Source: Phoronis australis (taxonomy: Eukaryota > Animalia > Phoronida). Taken from it: a stretch of 64,000 nucleotides of DNA. This document shows positions 59,921 to 64,000 of this stretch, in pieces. The translations under genes and the position numbers were made by a program. Each line of letters begins with the position of its first letter. The first letter of the stretch is position 1. The notes under the pieces are model-generated. The model searched no databases and had not been told where the DNA came from. It was given only the letters and a program-made list of their open reading frames with translations. The DNA is taken from NCBI GenBank assembly GCA_002633005.1, contig NMRA01000274.1:477143-541142 (forward strand). Reading direction: 5' to 3'.

Positions 59921-62452
59921 TTAACTTGGAGCCTGGCCATACTGTTGAATGGCATTTTTAAGCCTTTCCCAGAATAAGGTTTGTCCTTGCGCATCATTGG
60001 TCCATTCCAAGAACGTCTTTTTCCGCATAAGGAACCTAAGAATCGGAGTCATGTGCTCAAAGCTGACGTCCTCAACAAGTATTATAATCAGTGATTGTCT
60101 TGCCTTTTGAGCATTATGCAGTGCATTAGCATGGGCGAGATTAACTTCAAATTTACACCACTCGCTCTGGACAAAGTTTTGCGTGAGCACGACTAAAACT
60201 TTTCTACTTTTTTCTATGCTCTCTGCTATGTTCTCAGAGATTTCACGGCCCAGTTTGAAGTCTCGCTCATGGACGCACATCTTGTAGCCAAATTCGTTCT
60301 CGAGTTTGGGCAAAAGCTGTTGTGTGACCAGATTACTGTCTTCTCCACTGTATGTAATGAAACAGTCATAGGTGTACAACAGACCGTCTGTTTCTTCCAA
60401 ATGTGTGGACCGTCTTGATCGCAGTAGAAATATCCAATAACGAATATACCACCGATGTTTATAAAGTAGGCCAATAACAGTGAAGATGACAGTGAACAGA
60501 CCAAAGCCAGACCCACAAAGTATAGCGAGCAGACGGTGACATTCAAAAAATGTCGGTCTGTACTGCAGTAGACTTTTGTTGTTTTTCAAATTTGAACATT
60601 TGTACGAAATCTTATGTGAGATCTTGAGTGTGAAAGTTTTATTGGCATGCATCTGGCCAACCCAGTCGACATACCAAGCCAAGTTGCAGTCACAAATATA
60701 GGGATTATGAAATCCCTGAAAATGGTTCAGTGTGGATAACACTGGTCGGAGAGAGCTTTGGTTAATTGTACGGATTTGGTTCATCGATACGTCTAGTGAG
60801 CGAAGGTTCTTAAGATTTTCTAAGACTGCACCGTTCCATCCAGATAGTTGATTTTTTCGTAAAATCAGACGCTCCAGACTTGTGAGATCTTTAAATAGTC
60901 GTTCAGGCAACCCGTTCAAGGCGGTGGAACTCAAGTCCAGCACTTTCAATTTGACGAGACCTTCAAACAGGCATTCTGGTTTGAAACTGCTGTCATTGTG
61001 AAAATAAATATCAATGCCCAGATCCACAAAATTTAAGCTCAGATGTTCGAGACTTGTTAGGTTCGCAAAGTAGCAGGCTTGTCCAGCTTTCCATCTGTTT
61101 CCACTTAACGTCAAGGACTTCATGTTTCTAAGGCCTGAGAATGTGCGATTCCCAATGCTTTTTATCTCATTATCATTCAACTTAAAGAACTTGATTTGCA
61201 GAAGTGGGTGGAGTAGATCCTCGCTCAATTCTTGTAGTAAATTATGTGACAGGTTCAGAGCTGTAAGTTGCTCTAATCCGGAAAAGGGAGACCGTCCATA
61301 TACCTTGTCAGTCTTTAGGATATTGTTGAAAGTGAGGTCGATGAATTGTATATTTGGTAGGAATGGATTTCCTTCCTCATTGGCGAAGATGGGCAACTGC
61401 AAAATACTGCATTTACAGAGCAGTAACACTTTTAATCTAATCAATCCTTGGAGTGCTCTGGGCTCAAAATAAGTCAACTTTCGGTTCTTTATCATGATCA
61501 GAATAGACAAATGGCTTTGATTGATGAATGTGTCATTCCCGATTGTAGAGAACTCGTTTCCAGAAATATTCAGATAAGTCAACTGTCCGAAGCACAAAAA
61601 TGTCCCGGTGATATTCTGGAGATTTGTACAACTCAACCCAAGTCGCCTTAATGGTGCTTGACAAAGCTGTTGTAACATTAAGTCGATAGATTTCTTTGAC
61701 ATGGATAACCCGTTCTCAGAAAGGTCCAGCTCTTGAAGATGTGTGAATCCCGCAAATGTTCCAACTTCAATGTGTGAAATGTCATTACTCAGTAAGTGAA
61801 GTTGCTTCAATCTCGCATATCTGATCGTTGAGAAGCTGCTATTTGTCAAAGAATCTAGACTGTTTTGAGAAATGCTCATTTGTTTCAGTTCCCTCAAGTT
61901 TCGAAAACCTTCTCCCAAAGTTGAGTTGGTGATCAGATTTCTATCCAAGTTAAGCACCGAGAGCTTTTTAAGCTTAGTCAATACTTGATCAGGTATACAA
62001 GCCAGACTTGTTCTTTTAAGTGAAAGTTTCTTCAAGTTTTCAGCACCCATAAAAGTTCCTGTGAAACTGTTATTTAGGTAACTCAGGTTATTCCATGAGA
62101 GGTCAATTAGTTGAAGATTTTTTAATCCGAAAAAGGCGTTCTCTTGAATAAAATTTATTCTGTTGTTTCTCAGGTATAGAAATTTCAACTGTGTGAGATT
62201 AGCGAACGAGTTCTCTCTCAATGTCTGTAGTATACTGTTTTCCAAAATAAGGTGCTGTGTGTCAGTTGGAATGTCCGACGGAACCTCTCTCAGGCGCTTC
62301 TTGTGTTTCCTGCCATCACATACCACATGCTTCTTTCGTGGGTAATTACACTTGCATTTCACCGGACAGTTTCCACCTATCACACTAGTGATCACTTGCA
62401 GTAGAATCGCTGCAATCCCCAATCCCAACAGTGATTTCTGTATGATATACAT
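59921..62452 (-). CDS. Toll-like receptor B (843 aa, uninterrupted ORF), paralogue of TLR-A
   Basis: Same architecture as TLR-A and collinear with it over the whole length. TIR box 2 reads CVHERDFKLG. Confidence 0.97.
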   Translation of the reverse strand: MYIIQKSLLGLGIAAILLQVITSVIGGNCPVKCKCNYPRKKHVVCDGRKHKKRLREVPSDIPTDTQHLILENSILQTLRENSFANLTQLKFLYLRNNRINFIQENAFFGLKNLQLIDLSWNNLSYLNNSFTGTFMGAENLKKLSLKRTSLACIPDQVLTKLKKLSVLNLDRNLITNSTLGEGFRNLRELKQMSISQNSLDSLTNSSFSTIRYARLKQLHLLSNDISHIEVGTFAGFTHLQELDLSENGLSMSKKSIDLMLQQLCQAPLRRLGLSCTNLQNITGTFLCFGQLTYLNISGNEFSTIGNDTFINQSHLSILIMIKNRKLTYFEPRALQGLIRLKVLLLCKCSILQLPIFANEEGNPFLPNIQFIDLTFNNILKTDKVYGRSPFSGLEQLTALNLSHNLLQELSEDLLHPLLQIKFFKLNDNEIKSIGNRTFSGLRNMKSLTLSGNRWKAGQACYFANLTSLEHLSLNFVDLGIDIYFHNDSSFKPECLFEGLVKLKVLDLSSTALNGLPERLFKDLTSLERLILRKNQLSGWNGAVLENLKNLRSLDVSMNQIRTINQSSLRPVLSTLNHFQGFHNPYICDCNLAWYVDWVGQMHANKTFTLKISHKISYKCSNLKNNKSLLQYRPTFFECHRLLAILCGSGFGLFTVIFTVIGLLYKHRWYIRYWIFLLRSRRSTHLEETDGLLYTYDCFITYSGEDSNLVTQQLLPKLENEFGYKMCVHERDFKLGREISENIAESIEKSRKVLVVLTQNFVQSEWCKFEVNLAHANALHNAQKARQSLIIILVEDVSFEHMTPILRFLMRKKTFLEWTNDAQGQTLFWERLKNAIQQYGQAPS

Positions 62453-62899
62453 TGCCTACATTTGTTGACAACCAGTTCTTGCAGGCTAAAATATGAAAAA
62501 GTCACTACATTTTCTATTGTTGTATCTAAGATTGTTTGCTCAAAACTAACCAGCACCAGTCTTCCTTGTTGACTGATGTGTCATCTATATGTTTCGTGTA
62601 ACATGAACTTCCTGGTTGACTAGGGATTTTGGCCTGCCCTGGATGGATACAGCATGGTTATAACCTCAGCTGCAAGCCATGGAGTAAGGGAGGCACAGTA
62701 ATATGAACGTAAGTGATCCCCTGCAACCCATGTAACAGTGAGTCACCTCTTGTACATCGAGCTACAGTTGTTTGGTTGTCGTGAAAACTTGTAATTTAAT
62801 TAATAAACCATCGGTAACTTCGGGGGGGTTCATTCTAGTCTTGTTATGCGTAGGCAAAAAATCTGCACTTGGCATGATATGCTGCCAATATTGGTTTTT

Positions 62900-63591
62900 A
62901 TGTTTGCCTTAATCTGTATTTTTCGGTATCTTGATAAATTTGCATGAAATTTAGCAAATAGGTCTCTATTTAAGAGACGATGATGCCTTCCTGTTTTGAG
63001 GATCATTTGACGTATTCTGCGCCACTAATGGTGCCATTTTTTGAAGAAATTGAGTATTATTTTATGTTTTTGATTTCTGCTCAAGAGATCATTATGAAAG
63101 TTGGGAAATCATTGTGTTCCCGTTGAGAAGACTGCCGCTCTGACACTGATTGGATAGGTTCGACTGCTGCTTCGATGCCTAGTGGCATTTTTTGCGAGTA
63201 TAGTTGTGTCTCCTTAACTCTTTGGATGATTTTGTGTGAAATTTGGCAGATGTGTTCACGCGGCGGACATTAAAATCCAAAGCGAGGCTCACTGCGATAA
63301 ATAAAGCGGAAGATGACATTGCGTGAGTTAAATGGCCGGTCTTTCTAGTCCAAGCTGGACGGGATATTAAATCTTTAAAATGTGTCGATAATTAACCACA
63401 GAGACGTAGAAAAATACATTAGAGAACAAGTCAATGCACCAAAGAGTTGTCTGACGAAAGGGTATAAGTTTTTTTCGGAAAACAAGGTTCGAAACTTGAA
63501 AAGTAAATGTGACCAAATTGCGGCGACAGCAGTCTTATGGATTAGGTATCATGCTGAATGCAGGGTTACGTTTCTTCTTGCAAATTGTCGA
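62900..63591 (+). mobile_element. Probable DNA-transposon fragment with the start of an accessory ORF (IINHRDVEKYIREQVNAPKSCLTKGYKFFSENKV)
   Basis: The KGYKFFxE motif recalls SWIM/YqaJ-associated ORFs of invertebrate ISL2EU/Kolobok-type elements (from memory, unverified). It is interrupted by the LINE listed next. Confidence 0.4.
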
Positions 63592-64000
63592 TTCTTCTTC
63601 TTCAGCGTTCCCGGCCATGTAGCGTAGATAGCCAGTCTGTTTTTTTGGGCGAAGTCTGCAGTTCGCCGCAATGATGCCGTCGGGCCCCACAGTTTTACCT
63701 TGAGTTCCACCGGCCGGACTGGGCCATGTCTGGCGCCTTAAGGAATCGAACGTAGGGCAGCTCTGCAGTAAATACTCAGGTGTCTGGGGGCCAGTGCCAC
63801 AGAGGCACTCGTATGTGTGAGAGATTTTAAGGGCGATGCATGTGGGAGAGCAGCTGGCAGTGGCCGGTTCTTAACCTGAAGATAGTGACGTCCCTGCCGG
63901 TCAAGCTGGTGGATATAGTCTTCTTCAGTGCCCAAACGTAAGCGTACCCTCCAGACATTTCTAAAGTGACTTCGTAGGAGGGTTTTTACTTCTCCATATG
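63592..64000 (-). mobile_element. 3' end of an I/Ingi/Nimb-like non-LTR retrotransposon (frameshifted), continuing beyond the window
   Basis: VTIFRLRTGHCQLLSHMHR/LKISHTYECLCGTGPQTPEYLLQSCPTFDSLRRQTWP (RLRTGH plus a degenerate C-terminal zinc knuckle) and a (GAA)4 tail at 63592-63603. Confidence 0.85.

Larger units (their letters stand above)
51733..60337. repeat. About 3.8 kb direct duplication (51733-55528 / 56594-60337) across N55529; duplicates the ARV1 last exon (second copy 57491-57591), a Penelope relic and the TLR-B TIR
   Basis: Collinear copies differing by SNPs and small indels (for example a 21-nt indel near 53083/57934). The first copy stops at the N. Confidence 0.92.

Overview
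Intron-rich, AT-rich animal (invertebrate-like) genomic DNA with five protein-coding loci. (1) The last six coding exons and 3' UTR of exportin-1/CRM1 (XPO1, + strand). (2) An essentially complete THADA/Trm732-family gene of about 36 exons (- strand), tail-to-tail with XPO1. (3) A complete six-exon ARV1 gene (+ strand, 229 aa), head-to-head with THADA and almost invisible in the ORF track. (4-5) Two Toll-like receptors with uninterrupted 843-aa ORFs and a single juxtamembrane cysteine cluster (- strand). TLR-A is nested antisense inside ARV1 intron 1; TLR-B lies convergent with the ARV1 3' end and has Leu instead of the canonical BB-loop Pro. Two single-N joins (46370, 55529) are flanked by near-identical direct duplications that look like uncollapsed haplotypes, so the apparent third TIR and the extra ARV1 exons are probably artefacts. 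Introns carry many non-autonomous elements: a Helitron, a 6-bp-TSD hAT-like MITE pair, Tc1/pogo-like and foldback MITEs, Penelope GIY-YIG relics, RTE and I/Ingi-like LINE 3' ends, and minisatellites, one of which is a tandem array of a 3' splice site. Gene identities rest on manual translation and recalled family motifs, not on database searches.
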